64,000 nt of DNA, from contig CAVUXE010000048.1 in the NCBI GenBank assembly GCA_963745235.1, positions 46,908-110,907 of the forward strand, read 5' to 3'. Positions 32,162 to 42,283 of the stretch are shown here, one piece after another. Position 1 is the stretch's first letter. Every line of letters begins with the position of its first letter. A model generated the notes under the pieces. That model had not been told where the DNA came from. It worked only from the letters and a program-made list of their open reading frames with translations, and searched no databases. This DNA is from an uncultured Spirochaetota bacterium (GTDB lineage: Bacteria; Spirochaetota; Spirochaetia; SZUA-6; Fen-1364). The position numbers and the translations under genes were made by a program.

Positions 32162-33203
32162 AGCGGATCAGGAGCACATCCCCGTCCTTGACGATGTACT
32201 CCTTTCCCTCGAGTCGGACTTTCCCGGCCTTCTTCGCTTTTGCGAAATCCCCGGCCTCAAGGACATCCTTCCAGTCAGCAATCTCTGCCCGGATGAAGCC
32301 CTTCGCCAGGTCGCTGTGGATCTCACCGGCAGCGGAAACGGCTGTTGACCCCTCGCGGATGCTCCATGCCTTGCACTCGTCATCACCCACCGTGAAAAAG
32401 CTCACGAGGTGCAGGGTGGCGTACACGTGGCGCAGGAACCTGTTCTTTGCCGGCTCCGTGAGCCCCAGGTCCCGAAGGAACTCCTGCTGGTCCTGGGCCG
32501 GAAGCTGGGCGATTTCCATTTCCATGTCCCCACGGATCGGGAACGCCGGGACGCCCATCGCTGCCGCCTCAGCAAGAACCTCGTCATGGGCCACTGGTTT
32601 CTCACCGAGGTTGACGATGACGAAGAGCGGCTTGGCGGTGAGAAACCCGAAGCCTGCAAAGATTTTCTGGTCTTCCGGGGAGAAGAACGCGCTCCCCAGG
32701 GGCTTGCCCGAGCCGAGCTGGGAGACGATCTGCTGGAGGAGGTGGTACTCCCTGCCGTCCCGCTTCGCTTCCTTGTCCAGCCGGGCAACTCGCTTTTCGG
32801 CAATCTCATAGTCGCCGAACACAAGGGAGTCCATCACCTTTCGCAATTCCCGAAGGGGCGTTCCGCCCGGGATTGCGGGGGGCGCGGATGCGTTTTCGAA
32901 TGCGCGAACGACAATGGCGATGGCGTCAGCCCTCCTGACATCGGCCAGACCGGCCGGGGCGATGCCTCCCTCCTCGTCGTGCTCGAGCGGCAGGTCTTTG
33001 AACAACACCGTCGCGTGCGTGAGCTTCTTGGGGCTGTACAGCGCCGCCATCCTGTCCAGCCGGTCATCCGGGACTCTGACCTCGGAGAGGTAGGGCTGCC
33101 GTTTGCCTCCCGCGGAATCTCCCGTGGGCGCCGTCTGGCCGGTCAGGGCATTGAAAATGGTCGTCTTCCCCGACCTGCCAAGACCAACGATGACTGTTTC
33201 CAT
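32151..33203 (-). CDS. ychF: YchF/Ola1-like OBG-family ATPase (DUF933 C-terminus)
   Basis: GLGRSGKTTIFNALT, VPDDRL, FFTVG, AAGEIHSDLAKGFIRAE, EGKEYIVKDGD. Confidence 0.85.
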   Translation of the reverse strand: METVIVGLGRSGKTTIFNALTGQTAPTGDSAGGKRQPYLSEVRVPDDRLDRMAALYSPKKLTHATVLFKDLPLEHDEEGGIAPAGLADVRRADAIAIVVRAFENASAPPAIPGGTPLRELRKVMDSLVFGDYEIAEKRVARLDKEAKRDGREYHLLQQIVSQLGSGKPLGSAFFSPEDQKIFAGFGFLTAKPLFVIVNLGEKPVAHDEVLAEAAAMGVPAFPIRGDMEMEIAQLPAQDQQEFLRDLGLTEPAKNRFLRHVYATLHLVSFFTVGDDECKAWSIREGSTAVSAAGEIHSDLAKGFIRAEIADWKDVLEAGDFAKAKKAGKVRLEGKEYIVKDGDVLLIRFNV

Positions 33204-33293
33204 GTCTTCTCCTGAAAGCTCGAGGCTTGCACGTTCGCGAAGGCCACGGTATAACGAATGCCTTGATCCTTTCAAGGCGATCCAGGGGTGCGG

Positions 33294-33602
33294 GTGAAAG
33301 CACGATATTACTGCGGCAACTGCTCTCGAGAGGTAAGCTCGAACGCCTCGGTCTGTCCCTATTGCGGCAGCAGCTTCACAGCGGTGCGTTGTCCCAAGTG
33401 CAGCCATGAGGGAAAGCCGCCGGAGTTCAAAGACGGGTGCCCTGTGTGCGGATACCTGATGAGCCAGGAGGTTCGCGTCGCGGCAACGCCCGTGCCGCGA
33501 AAAACGCAACGCACCATGTCGCGCAGGTTCTATCGCATTGCCGGGCTCACGCTCCTTGCGCTCTGCGCCGTCCTCATCGTCCTGCTCCTGGTCAGGCCGT
33601 AA
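33294..33602 (+). CDS. Double zinc-ribbon membrane protein
   Basis: Four CxxC pairs, C-terminal TM helix. Confidence 0.8.
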   Translation: MKARYYCGNCSREVSSNASVCPYCGSSFTAVRCPKCSHEGKPPEFKDGCPVCGYLMSQEVRVAATPVPRKTQRTMSRRFYRIAGLTLLALCAVLIVLLLVRP

Positions 33603-33612
33603 GACCCCCTTC

Positions 33613-35245
33613 TCAGTACAGGAACCCGAGCCCGCCGCCCCCCATGAAATAGTAGCTCGACACGCTGTCAACCTCTCCCGCAACCATTGCTGAAACGAGA
33701 ACACGCGTGCCGGGCACGAGCCAGGTGGCCTCTGCTCCGACCTGCAACGGGGTCGGCGTGCCGATGGCAGGGAAACCTCCCGGCAGAGGTTGTGTCCGCA
33801 CGGTGGCTGAGATTCCTGTCGTGACGCTGCCGAGGTCCGCCAGGACACCCCCGCGGAGGTAGATCCACGCGAGCGGGCTGGGCGACGTTGAGCCGTACGG
33901 CGACCACAGCGACCCGGCCACCCCGAGAGATCCCAGGAGGCTCACCGGCCCGAGGACGAGCTGCAGCGGGACGGCGATATGGACGACCGGTAAAGTCGGT
34001 AAAGGTGTCAGTGAGGAGGACATTTCCGGCCGTCGGGGAGGAGTCATACTGAAACGAGACCTTCGCTTCGACTGCCGCTTCCAACCCGACCTCCCGGGTG
34101 GGGGAAAGGAAGTTCCACCTGATCGCAGCGCCCAGGGCAAAGGGGATTGCCACCGTGCTGGGGATGATGCCGCCCGTGGCATCTATCTCCAGCCTGCTGC
34201 CGATCCCTGCCCGTATCCCCAGGAGGAGCGGTGCGCGCAGGGTGGTCCCATCCGAATATGCGGCGCCCAGGAACGAAGCCTGAACCTCCTGGGGAGGAAG
34301 GACTTCGGCCACGGGGGCATAGAGCAGCCCGGAGCTGCCGCTCCACGTGCTGCGGGGAGCGATCTTCAAGGTTCGGTCCACGATCAGCGCTTCTTCCTGC
34401 TGCGAAGATTCATCATCCTTGCCCTGACCGGAGACCACGAGCCGATAATCGCCGTCGGGCAGAGGGCTGCCGTTGCTGTCACGCAAGTCCCATTGAAAGG
34501 TCTGGTTCCACGTCGAAAATGCGGGCAGGTCCCGGCTGTACATGAGCTGATCTTTCTGGTCGAACACCTCCACCTTCCCTGCGCCGGGCCCGCTGACTGA
34601 GAACTGCGCCTCGGCGATGCCGAGCACGCCCGGGTTGTCCGGATTGACCTGCGGGTGAAGAAGGGAGAGGCCTGAGATGAGAAAGGGCGTGGGGGCGAGA
34701 GTAACGGAGAGCGGGGTGACGGTCTTCTCCGAGACGATGACCGTGTCCTTGAACTCGGTGTACCCGAAAGCTCTGACCAGAACAGGATAGCTGCCGACGG
34801 GGAGCTCCTGGAGGCCCGGCCCGACGGTGACGCTTCCAACGGTAATCATGCTGTCCGCTGGTGAGACATCGATCTTGAGGAACCCTGTTATCTGCACCAG
34901 GCTGGTCTGGTAGAACATGTAGTCACTGGTGTACTGGAGCCAGACCGACACCTCGCGATACCCGGACTTGCGTAGGATGATATGGTGCCACCCTTGAACG
35001 ATGTCGGTGACGATGAAAGGGGTCAGGCCCTCGTAGTTGTCATCCACCCAGACTTCGGCCCGGTCCGGATCAGACACTATCTCCAGGCCCACCTTGCTCG
35101 TGGGAACCTGGGTTGGCGGCTTCTCCTGCGGCGGCGCCGTTCCCTCGCTGACCGTCACGCGGTTTGCTGTCGAGCCGGAGGAGGCGCAGGATGCAAGGAT
35201 TCCAACCAGGAGCGCTGCTGCAAGAAGGGCCGCCAGGGACTTCAC
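33613..35245 (-). CDS. PEGA-domain lipoprotein with FlgD-like Ig domain, frameshifted near 33988
   Basis: Lipobox LASC, SDPDRAEVWVD..GLTP PEGA, WDLRDSNGSPLPDGDY; second frame ends GGGLGFLY. Confidence 0.8.
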
Positions 35246-35338
35246 GGGATGATTGTAGCCCCCTCACATGCCGTAATGCAAGGACAGCGTGTTTTCGTCC
35301 GCTCGGCGGCGCGAAGGGGGTCTTGAAAACCACCGATA

Positions 35339-35950
35339 ATGGGAGGGATGATGCGATCTGCGATGGTTTGGACTCTTCACCCGATGCCGCCCGCGCTGGC
35401 GCGCCTGGCCCTCCTGCTTTCCCTGTTGCTTGCCGGCGGGCCAGCTTCTGTGGGCCTGTTTGCACAGGCCGCCTCGCCGCCGCCGCAGGCCTTGCCTCGG
35501 GGCTTTCGGGGCATCACCCTTGGCATGGGTCTGGACCAGGTGAAAAGCGCTCTCGTTGCGGATCCGCTTTTCGGCTATCGGGGGGACCCGGACGTCAGCC
35601 TCCTTCCGCAATCGCACCAGTACCTCATTGAATGCGCGGGAGCCTCCTACGTGCGCCGGGCCTACTTCCAGTTCGCCGACAAGCGGCTTCTGACCATGAT
35701 TCTTGTCCTGGACACCGAGAAGCTCGACCATTTTTCGCTCTTCACCGCCTTGAGCGCAAAGTACGGCCAGCCGGAAAGTCTCAGTCCCCAGGAAACGGTG
35801 TGGCAGTCGGATTCCGTTCGCCTTTCCCTTGAAAGGCCGCTGACGGTGAAATACATCGACCGGGCGATGTTCGCTTCTCTTCTCGGCAAGGGCGGCGCTC
35901 CGAGTGACCTGGAAAGCATGTCGAGAGAGAAGTTCATTGAGCAGTTCTGA
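35339..35950 (+). CDS. Conserved exported hypothetical protein
   Basis: Signal peptide, FRGITLGM..VK..L..DPLFGYRGDPDVSLLP; start uncertain. Confidence 0.75.
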   Translation: MGGMMRSAMVWTLHPMPPALARLALLLSLLLAGGPASVGLFAQAASPPPQALPRGFRGITLGMGLDQVKSALVADPLFGYRGDPDVSLLPQSHQYLIECAGASYVRRAYFQFADKRLLTMILVLDTEKLDHFSLFTALSAKYGQPESLSPQETVWQSDSVRLSLERPLTVKYIDRAMFASLLGKGGAPSDLESMSREKFIEQF

Positions 35951-37130
35951 TCCGGGCGACGGCCCGCGCATCGTCCTGAAACCCGGCCGGGATTCTCCCG
36001 CTCGAAAGAGGCAGCACCCGTGGATCTACAGCCAGGCCGTTGCCGAGGTCAAAGGAGACTCATCCGGAGAGGACCTGCATCTCATCGTTGCCTCGGATGG
36101 CAGCCCCGTTGGATGGGGGTTCTACTCGCCGGCAAGCCTTATTGCCGTCCGCATGGTGAGCTTCACCGGTGAAAAGCCGCCGCAAGACTGGGCGGCAGAG
36201 CGGACCGCGCTGGCCTTCCAGCTCCGCGGCGCCCTCCATCTCGACACGGACGCATTCAGAGTCGCGAATGCGGAGGGGGATTTTCTTCCCGGGCTCATCG
36301 TCGACCTGTACGGCGACACTGCCGTGATCACGGCCCACGTGCAGGGAATGGAGGCCCAGGCTGACCGGATCAGCGCCCGCCTGCAGGGCCTTGTCCCGGA
36401 GGCACGCGTGTACTTCAAGAAGGATGAGCACTACGGCCGAGTCGAAGGGCTGGCCCGCGCATCCGGATATCTTGCCGGCACCGGGGATGGCAGCTGCGTC
36501 ATCCGCGAGGGGGCCGTGCGGCTGACGGTCGACTACCAGGCAGGACAGAAGACGGGATTCTACCTCGACCAACGCGCGAACAGGCGCCTGATTGCCCGAT
36601 CAAGCGCGGGGAAAAATGTTCTCAATCTCTTCTCCTATACTGGAGCGGTCGCCCTGGCGGCCGCCGCTGCAGGCGCGACACGGGTCATTTCCGTGGAAAG
36701 CTCGCGCCGTGCCATTGAGCTGGCGCAGGAGAATGCCCGCATGAATCCGGCCCTGCAACCCAGCGCGCTGGAATGGGTGCAGGCTGATGTGTTTCGCTTC
36801 CTCGAGAGCCCCGGCCGGCATGATGTGGTGGTGGCTGACCCTCCACCTTTCGCAAGGAGGCGCGCTGAGCTCGCCGGCGCGGTCCAGGGATACCTGTCGC
36901 TTTTTCAGCAGTGCCTGCGGATTCTCTCTCCCAGCGGCCTGGCATTCCTGTTCTCCTGCTCCGGCGCAGTAGACAGGCCGACGTTCCGCGACATCGTGGT
37001 TGAGGCGGGCCGCAGGGCCGGGAGACGGGTCAGGCTGCTCAAGGAGCTCCACGCTGACCTGGACCACCCGGTGGCGGCATCACATCCGGAAGGAGAGTAT
37101 CTGAAGGGATGGATGGTGCATGCTGAATGA
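35937..37130 (+). CDS. rlmI: RlmI/RlmK-like class I SAM rRNA methyltransferase
   Basis: HPWIYS, NAEGDFLPGLIVD, GQKTGFYLDQR, VLNLFSYTG, DPPPF, YLKG. Confidence 0.85.
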   Translation: MSSSDPGDGPRIVLKPGRDSPARKRQHPWIYSQAVAEVKGDSSGEDLHLIVASDGSPVGWGFYSPASLIAVRMVSFTGEKPPQDWAAERTALAFQLRGALHLDTDAFRVANAEGDFLPGLIVDLYGDTAVITAHVQGMEAQADRISARLQGLVPEARVYFKKDEHYGRVEGLARASGYLAGTGDGSCVIREGAVRLTVDYQAGQKTGFYLDQRANRRLIARSSAGKNVLNLFSYTGAVALAAAAAGATRVISVESSRRAIELAQENARMNPALQPSALEWVQADVFRFLESPGRHDVVVADPPPFARRRAELAGAVQGYLSLFQQCLRILSPSGLAFLFSCSGAVDRPTFRDIVVEAGRRAGRRVRLLKELHADLDHPVAASHPEGEYLKGWMVHAE

Positions 37131-37569
37131 GACAAGGCTCCTGCTCCGTCTTGCCGTCATGGTGATCATGACCTGTGCCTTGACCGGCTGCACCCACAGC
37201 CTGGACAGGATCATTGTGCGCTCAGCGGGCAGAGAGATCACCGCGGAGGTGGCTCGTACAGACAGCGAGCGGGAGAAGGGGCTCATGGGCCGCACTCACC
37301 TGGGACCGGCAGAGGGGATGCTTTTCGTGTTCGACCGGGATGAGCACCTGGAGTTCTGGATGAAGAATACGCCGCTCCCGCTCTCAATCGCCTTTCTCAG
37401 CGCCGAAGGGAAGATCCTGGAGATACGGGACATGGAGCCGTTTGACCTGCGGACCATCCGCTCAAGGTTTTCCGCCCGCTATGCACTTGAGATGAACAAG
37501 GGGGCCTTTCAGAGCCTGGGAATTGCGGAGGGGGACCTGGTCACTTTTCCGCAGGGATTCTCCCGGTAA
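37120..37569 (+). CDS. DUF192 family protein
   Basis: AEVART..REKGLM, GMLFVF, FWMKNTPLPLSIAF, YALEM. Confidence 0.92.
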   Translation: MLNETRLLLRLAVMVIMTCALTGCTHSLDRIIVRSAGREITAEVARTDSEREKGLMGRTHLGPAEGMLFVFDRDEHLEFWMKNTPLPLSIAFLSAEGKILEIRDMEPFDLRTIRSRFSARYALEMNKGAFQSLGIAEGDLVTFPQGFSR

Positions 37570-37608
37570 CGCGCGCCCGTGATCCAGCGACCGCCTGCGT
37601 CTCCGCGG

Positions 37609-37860
37609 TTATTCCCGGTCATCCTCGGAGAGCTCAGGGAAGAGCTCGAGCCCCGGCTCTCCCTCTTCGCCAACGGGCTCATGCGTCAGGATCTCCACCT
37701 TCCTTTCCACCCGCGAAAGGTCTTTCTCCAGGGACCTGGCAAGCTTCATTCCTTCTTCGAAAAGCGCAACCGCCTCCTCCAGGGGGATCTTTCCCTCACG
37801 CAGCTTTTCCGCGAGCTTTTCAAGTCTTTCCAGCCTCTCTTCAAAGCTTTTCGTCGGCAT
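37609..37860 (-). CDS. xseB: Exodeoxyribonuclease VII small subunit
   Basis: SFEERLERLE...LEEAVALFEEGMKL. Confidence 0.93.
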   Translation of the reverse strand: MPTKSFEERLERLEKLAEKLREGKIPLEEAVALFEEGMKLARSLEKDLSRVERKVEILTHEPVGEEGEPGLELFPELSEDDRE

Positions 37861-39064
37861 GCGTCTCCTCCACGATTGCGCTCATTCCTCCCTGCGCGAG
37901 CCGTACGTCCAGCCCGTCCCCAACGCTCACACCCTGCGCGGTCAGCAGCACCGTGCGCGTTTTCCGGTGCGTGACCACCGCGTAGCCCCTCTGAAGGACG
38001 GCAAGGGGCGAATAGGATGCGAGCTCCCGAGAAGCCAGCTCGTATCTGTGGCGAGCCTCTGACAGCCCTGCGTTGAACCCCAGGCCGAGCCCTTCCCGCG
38101 CATCGTCCAGGCGCTGCAGGTAAGGCTGAAGAAACAGGCGGACGTTGCGCTCCAGGTTCTCTGCCGTGAACTGCCCCAGGAGTAGGCGGATTCTTTCCAG
38201 GCGCTGCTGCAGGGATGCCTCCAGGGAAGCGGTGAGCCCCGAGACCTGCGCGAGCAGCTCCGAAGCCGAGGCAGCCACCATCTCCGCGGCAGCGGACGGA
38301 GTGGGGGCGCGAACGTCCGCCGCCAGGTCGGAAAGAGTGATGTCCGTCTCATGTCCTACCGCGGAGATGACGGGAACCGGGGACGCCGCAATGGCACGAA
38401 CCACGATTTCCGAGGAAAAAGGCAGGAGGTCTTCCAGCGAGCCTCCGCCTCTGCCGACAATGATCACTTCCCCGAGCTTCCACCGCGCCGCAATCTCTAT
38501 GGCGTGGGCAATCCTCTCATCCGCGCCCTCTCCCTGGACAGGCGTGGGAAGAATGACGACATCCATCCCCGCGTTCCGCCTTCGCAGCACACGGAGGATG
38601 TCCCGGACCGCGGCCCCGGTGGGGGAGGTGATGACGGCGATCCGGGACGGAAGCAAGGGAAGGGGTCTCTTGCGCGATCCATCGAACAGGCCTTCCGCCG
38701 CGAGGAGGCGTTTTCTCTCCTCCAGCATGGCCAGGATGTCTCCCTGACCGGCCCGCGCCAGCGTTTCACAGATGAGCTGGTAATTGCCTCTTCGGGGATA
38801 GACGGAGATGCCGCCCGTGGCCGTGACGAGCATCCCGTCTTCCGGGTTGAACCTCACCGCTTCCAGCCTGCCCCGGAACATGACAACGGAGAGCACCGCG
38901 TTCGCGTCCTTCAGGCTGAAATACCAGTGGCCGCTTGCCGACGGCCGGAAGTTGGAGACCTCACCCTGCACCGTGATCCACGGGAAGCCGTCCTCCAGCG
39001 TGCCCTTGATGAGCTCCGTTATCTCACTGACCGTGTAGTGCGAGCCCGCTGACCTCTCCGGCAT
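37841..39064 (-). CDS. xseA: Exodeoxyribonuclease VII large subunit
   Basis: GEVSNF..SGHWYFSLKD, ITSPTGAAVRD, RGGGSLEDL, SAVGHETD, APTPSAAAE. Confidence 0.95.
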   Translation of the reverse strand: MPERSAGSHYTVSEITELIKGTLEDGFPWITVQGEVSNFRPSASGHWYFSLKDANAVLSVVMFRGRLEAVRFNPEDGMLVTATGGISVYPRRGNYQLICETLARAGQGDILAMLEERKRLLAAEGLFDGSRKRPLPLLPSRIAVITSPTGAAVRDILRVLRRRNAGMDVVILPTPVQGEGADERIAHAIEIAARWKLGEVIIVGRGGGSLEDLLPFSSEIVVRAIAASPVPVISAVGHETDITLSDLAADVRAPTPSAAAEMVAASASELLAQVSGLTASLEASLQQRLERIRLLLGQFTAENLERNVRLFLQPYLQRLDDAREGLGLGFNAGLSEARHRYELASRELASYSPLAVLQRGYAVVTHRKTRTVLLTAQGVSVGDGLDVRLAQGGMSAIVEETHADEKL

Positions 39065-39126
39065 AGCCAGCAGCCTACACCTTTCTTGAACTTCCCGGCA
39101 ATCTGTCGATACTATCATGGAGGGTC

Positions 39127-40635
39127 ATGAAGAATATCGCCATCATGAACGCAATTGATCTGCGCCCTCCGGCAGGGAGGCCCGTTGTCCGGGGGGCCTC
39201 AGCCTTGCAGAGAGCCATGGAGTTCGGGCGAGGGCTTCCAGGCGTTGACCAGCTCCTGATCCTTGCTTCAGATTCCACGACGCGGCTCCTTGCTCATGAA
39301 ACGCCCCTGGATTGCCGGGTGATTGCGCGTCCGACGTGGACCGTGTCGGATCTCACGGGAGAAATGGAGAAGGCGAGTGAAGGGTTCGAGGACCTGTTTT
39401 ACTTCTTCGCGGACTATCCCTTTCTCGACCCGGCCATTGCGCAGAGGATGCACGCAAACCACCGCAGGTACTGGGCGGACTATACGTTCGCGGACGGGTT
39501 CCCGCAGGGTTTGACGCCGGAAATTGTGACACGGGAAGCAATCAGCCGCCTCCGCGGAATGTCCGCTGCAGACGTCAGCCATCCAGACCGGGAAGCGCTG
39601 TTTACAGTAATCAGGAAAGACATCAACTCCTTCGACATCGAAACAGAGCTTGCTCCCGTGGACCTGCGGCTCCTGCGCGTCTCACTCTCCGCCGACACCG
39701 AGCGCAACTTTCTTCTTTTGAAGCGGATCGTCGAGAAGGGCGGCATGGACACTGAATCGATCTGCCGGGTTCTCCAACTGGAGCCAGGCATTCTTCGGAC
39801 CCTGCCGGCCTTTTTTCCCATCCAGATCGTCGAGAAGTGCCCTCACGCCTGCACCTACTGCCCGTACCCGGTTTTTGCGGGGAATGTCACCACGAGGGCC
39901 GGTGTCATGGACCCTGAGCGGTTTTCCAGCCTGGTCGGAAAAATCGCGGCGTTCAGCGGGGACGCCGTGGTGGACGTTTCCTTGTGGGGAGAGCCCTCTC
40001 TTCACCCGAAGATCTTCGAGATGATCGGGTCGGTTCTCAGCACGCCGGGACTTTCCCTCGTGATCGAGACCTCCGGCGTGGGCTGGGAGGAGGGGATGTT
40101 CCGCCGGGTGAAGGACTCTTTTGCCTCGCAGCCGACATGGATCGTGTCGATGGACGCTTCCACGGAAGAGATGTATCAGCGGCTCCGCGGGGCGGGCTTT
40201 GCGGAGGCCACCAGGACCGCCGAGCTCCTGCTTTCGATCTTTCCCGCCAGCACCTGGGTCCAGGCGGTGCGCATGAAGGAAAACGAGGACGACCTCGACC
40301 TCTTCTACAAGTCGTGGAAGACGAGGACAGAGAACATCATCATCCAGAAGTACGATTCGTTCAGCAGTTTTCTGCCGGACCGCAAGGTCGCGGACCTTTC
40401 TCCGGTGAGACGGTTTCCCTGCTGGCACCTCAAGCGTGACATGGCAATACTCATCGACGGGACGGTTCCCCTGTGCAGGGAGGACGTGCGCGTGGAGCAT
40501 GGGCTGGGGAACGCATTCACCGAGGACCTTTCCGCCATATGGGATCGCGGGGAAAGCGCTTATCAGCAGCATATCCGGGAAAAGTACCCGCACATCTGCG
40601 CAGGCTGCGATGAGTACTACACGTACAACTTCTGA
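39127..40635 (+). CDS. Spiro-SPASM radical SAM protein (TIGR04321-like)
   Basis: Cytidylyltransferase-like N-terminus, IRKDINSFDIETE, CPHACTYC, SPASM CWHLKRDM...CRED...CAGCDEYYTYNF. Confidence 0.88.
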   Translation: MKNIAIMNAIDLRPPAGRPVVRGASALQRAMEFGRGLPGVDQLLILASDSTTRLLAHETPLDCRVIARPTWTVSDLTGEMEKASEGFEDLFYFFADYPFLDPAIAQRMHANHRRYWADYTFADGFPQGLTPEIVTREAISRLRGMSAADVSHPDREALFTVIRKDINSFDIETELAPVDLRLLRVSLSADTERNFLLLKRIVEKGGMDTESICRVLQLEPGILRTLPAFFPIQIVEKCPHACTYCPYPVFAGNVTTRAGVMDPERFSSLVGKIAAFSGDAVVDVSLWGEPSLHPKIFEMIGSVLSTPGLSLVIETSGVGWEEGMFRRVKDSFASQPTWIVSMDASTEEMYQRLRGAGFAEATRTAELLLSIFPASTWVQAVRMKENEDDLDLFYKSWKTRTENIIIQKYDSFSSFLPDRKVADLSPVRRFPCWHLKRDMAILIDGTVPLCREDVRVEHGLGNAFTEDLSAIWDRGESAYQQHIREKYPHICAGCDEYYTYNF

Positions 40636-41593
40636 AAGCGCCAAGGCTCCGGGGGCCGTACCCAGCCGCGTCCCCTACACCGTCATTGGGGGCCCCCGGT
40701 GGGACCGGGTGAGGAAGTATCCCTACAGCATGACTCTGCTCGTGATGAGCAGAGGCGACAGGCTCTTTCGCGCGGAGCTGCTTTCTGACCTGCTTTCCCG
40801 TGACCTCGGTGAGGTCCTTTGGGTCGAGGGGCACGAGCCTTCCGCGGATGTCGAGTCGCTTGCCAGAGACCACCCGGATGTTCGCTTTCTGCTCCTGAAG
40901 GAGCCCACGACCGCCGGGGAGCGCATCAATATCGGGATCGCGGAGGCTCGCTCACCTGTTGCCCTTTGTCTCTGGAGCGATATGCGCCTTTCCCGGGTTC
41001 CCGCGGCACTCCCGGAAGCCCTTGAAAAATCCGGGGTCGTCTGCACGGTCCCCCTGTCACGCAACGCCAGGCTGCAGCCCATCCCATCCTGGCAATCCCC
41101 GGTTTGGAAGAAGCGAAGACTCTCCCTTGCCTTCCGGATTCCGCGGCGCGAGGGAGAGCCCACGCTGTTTCCTTTCGATTATTGCGGCATCTACAACTCG
41201 GAGAGGTTCCTTCGCACCGGAGGATTCGATCCCTCCATCTCCAACCCTTACTGGCAGAAGCTGGACTTTGGATTCCGGTGCTTTCTCTGGGGAGAAAGGA
41301 TTGCCGGCACAACGGAGGTTTCCCTCACTTATACCGCGTCTCCTCCGACGGATGATTCGACTCCTGACCAGAGCTACAAGCTCTTTTTCCTGAAGAACAT
41401 GGCAGTTCGGATGCGCCGGGAAATGGGTGTCTTGCCGGTTCGGCGCATCCTGGATTACATCGTGCATTCAGACGCAAGCCCTCTGTACTCCCTGCGGGAG
41501 TTTGCCGCGGCGCGGGACTGGGTTCGGACCCACAAGTTCAGGTTTCGCAAGGACCCGCGGGATGTCATGCAGAAATGGGAGGGAGCCGAATGA
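40610..41593 (+). CDS. GT2-fold hypothetical protein
   Basis: PYTVIGG, GERINIG, GGFDPSISNPYWQKLDFGFR. Confidence 0.7.
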   Translation: MSTTRTTSESAKAPGAVPSRVPYTVIGGPRWDRVRKYPYSMTLLVMSRGDRLFRAELLSDLLSRDLGEVLWVEGHEPSADVESLARDHPDVRFLLLKEPTTAGERINIGIAEARSPVALCLWSDMRLSRVPAALPEALEKSGVVCTVPLSRNARLQPIPSWQSPVWKKRRLSLAFRIPRREGEPTLFPFDYCGIYNSERFLRTGGFDPSISNPYWQKLDFGFRCFLWGERIAGTTEVSLTYTASPPTDDSTPDQSYKLFFLKNMAVRMRREMGVLPVRRILDYIVHSDASPLYSLREFAAARDWVRTHKFRFRKDPRDVMQKWEGAE

Positions 41594-42283
41594 GCCTGGG
41601 GGTCTTCATCCAGGTGCGGCTCGGCTCGACGCGTCTCCCCTCAAAGGCCCTCCTTCCGCTGCCCGGGAGGCACCATCATCCAGCACGTGATGCGCAGCAT
41701 GTCACTGGTGCCTTGCGACACGCGCGCTCTTGTGACGGAGGCTGGGAGCGCGGAGGCTCTTGCCCCGCTTGCCAGGCAGGAAGGGTTCGCTGTTTTTGTC
41801 GGTCCAGAGGACGATGTCCTGGCGCGCTACTGCATGGCGAGCAGGAAATACGGGGTTGACACCGTGATTCGCGCAACCGGCGACAACCCTCTCACCTCGG
41901 CCGGACTTGCGCGAAGCATCCTGGAGGCCCACCGGCGAAGTGGCTCGGACCTGAGCCACTACCTTGGAGTTCCCCTGGGAAGCGGGGTGGAAGTGGTCGC
42001 GTCGAAATCTCTCTATGCCGCAGAAAGGGAAGCGGCAGACCCCACGGAAAGGGAGCATGTGACGCCGTTTCTCTACCGGCATCGCGAGCGCTTTCAAATA
42101 GAAGAGCCGCAGGCGCCTGCGGGCTTCGCGCTTGCGGACGCCAGGGTGACGGTGGACACCGAGCAGGACTACCTGCTTGTGAAGCGGATCTTCGAGGACC
42201 TGTACAGAGGTGAGCCCATTGAAGCGGGAGACATCGTGTCCTGGTTTCGGGCCGCGGCCATGAGGGCAGGGGAACAGGGATGA
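41590..42283 (+). CDS. SpsF/acylneuraminate cytidylyltransferase-like protein, frameshifted near 41665
   Basis: IQVRLGSTRLPSKAL, GPEDDVLARY, RATGDNP, REHVTPFLY, RVTVDT. Confidence 0.85.

Noticed and set aside
31990-32811. C-terminal part of the 602-aa ORF 31003..32811
   Set aside because: Read-through after a frameshift near 31987, antisense to the YchF-like gene
33204-33848. N-terminal 215 aa of the 565-aa YchF ORF
   Set aside because: Family similarity begins at ATG 33203 with an RBS; the extension overlaps two real genes
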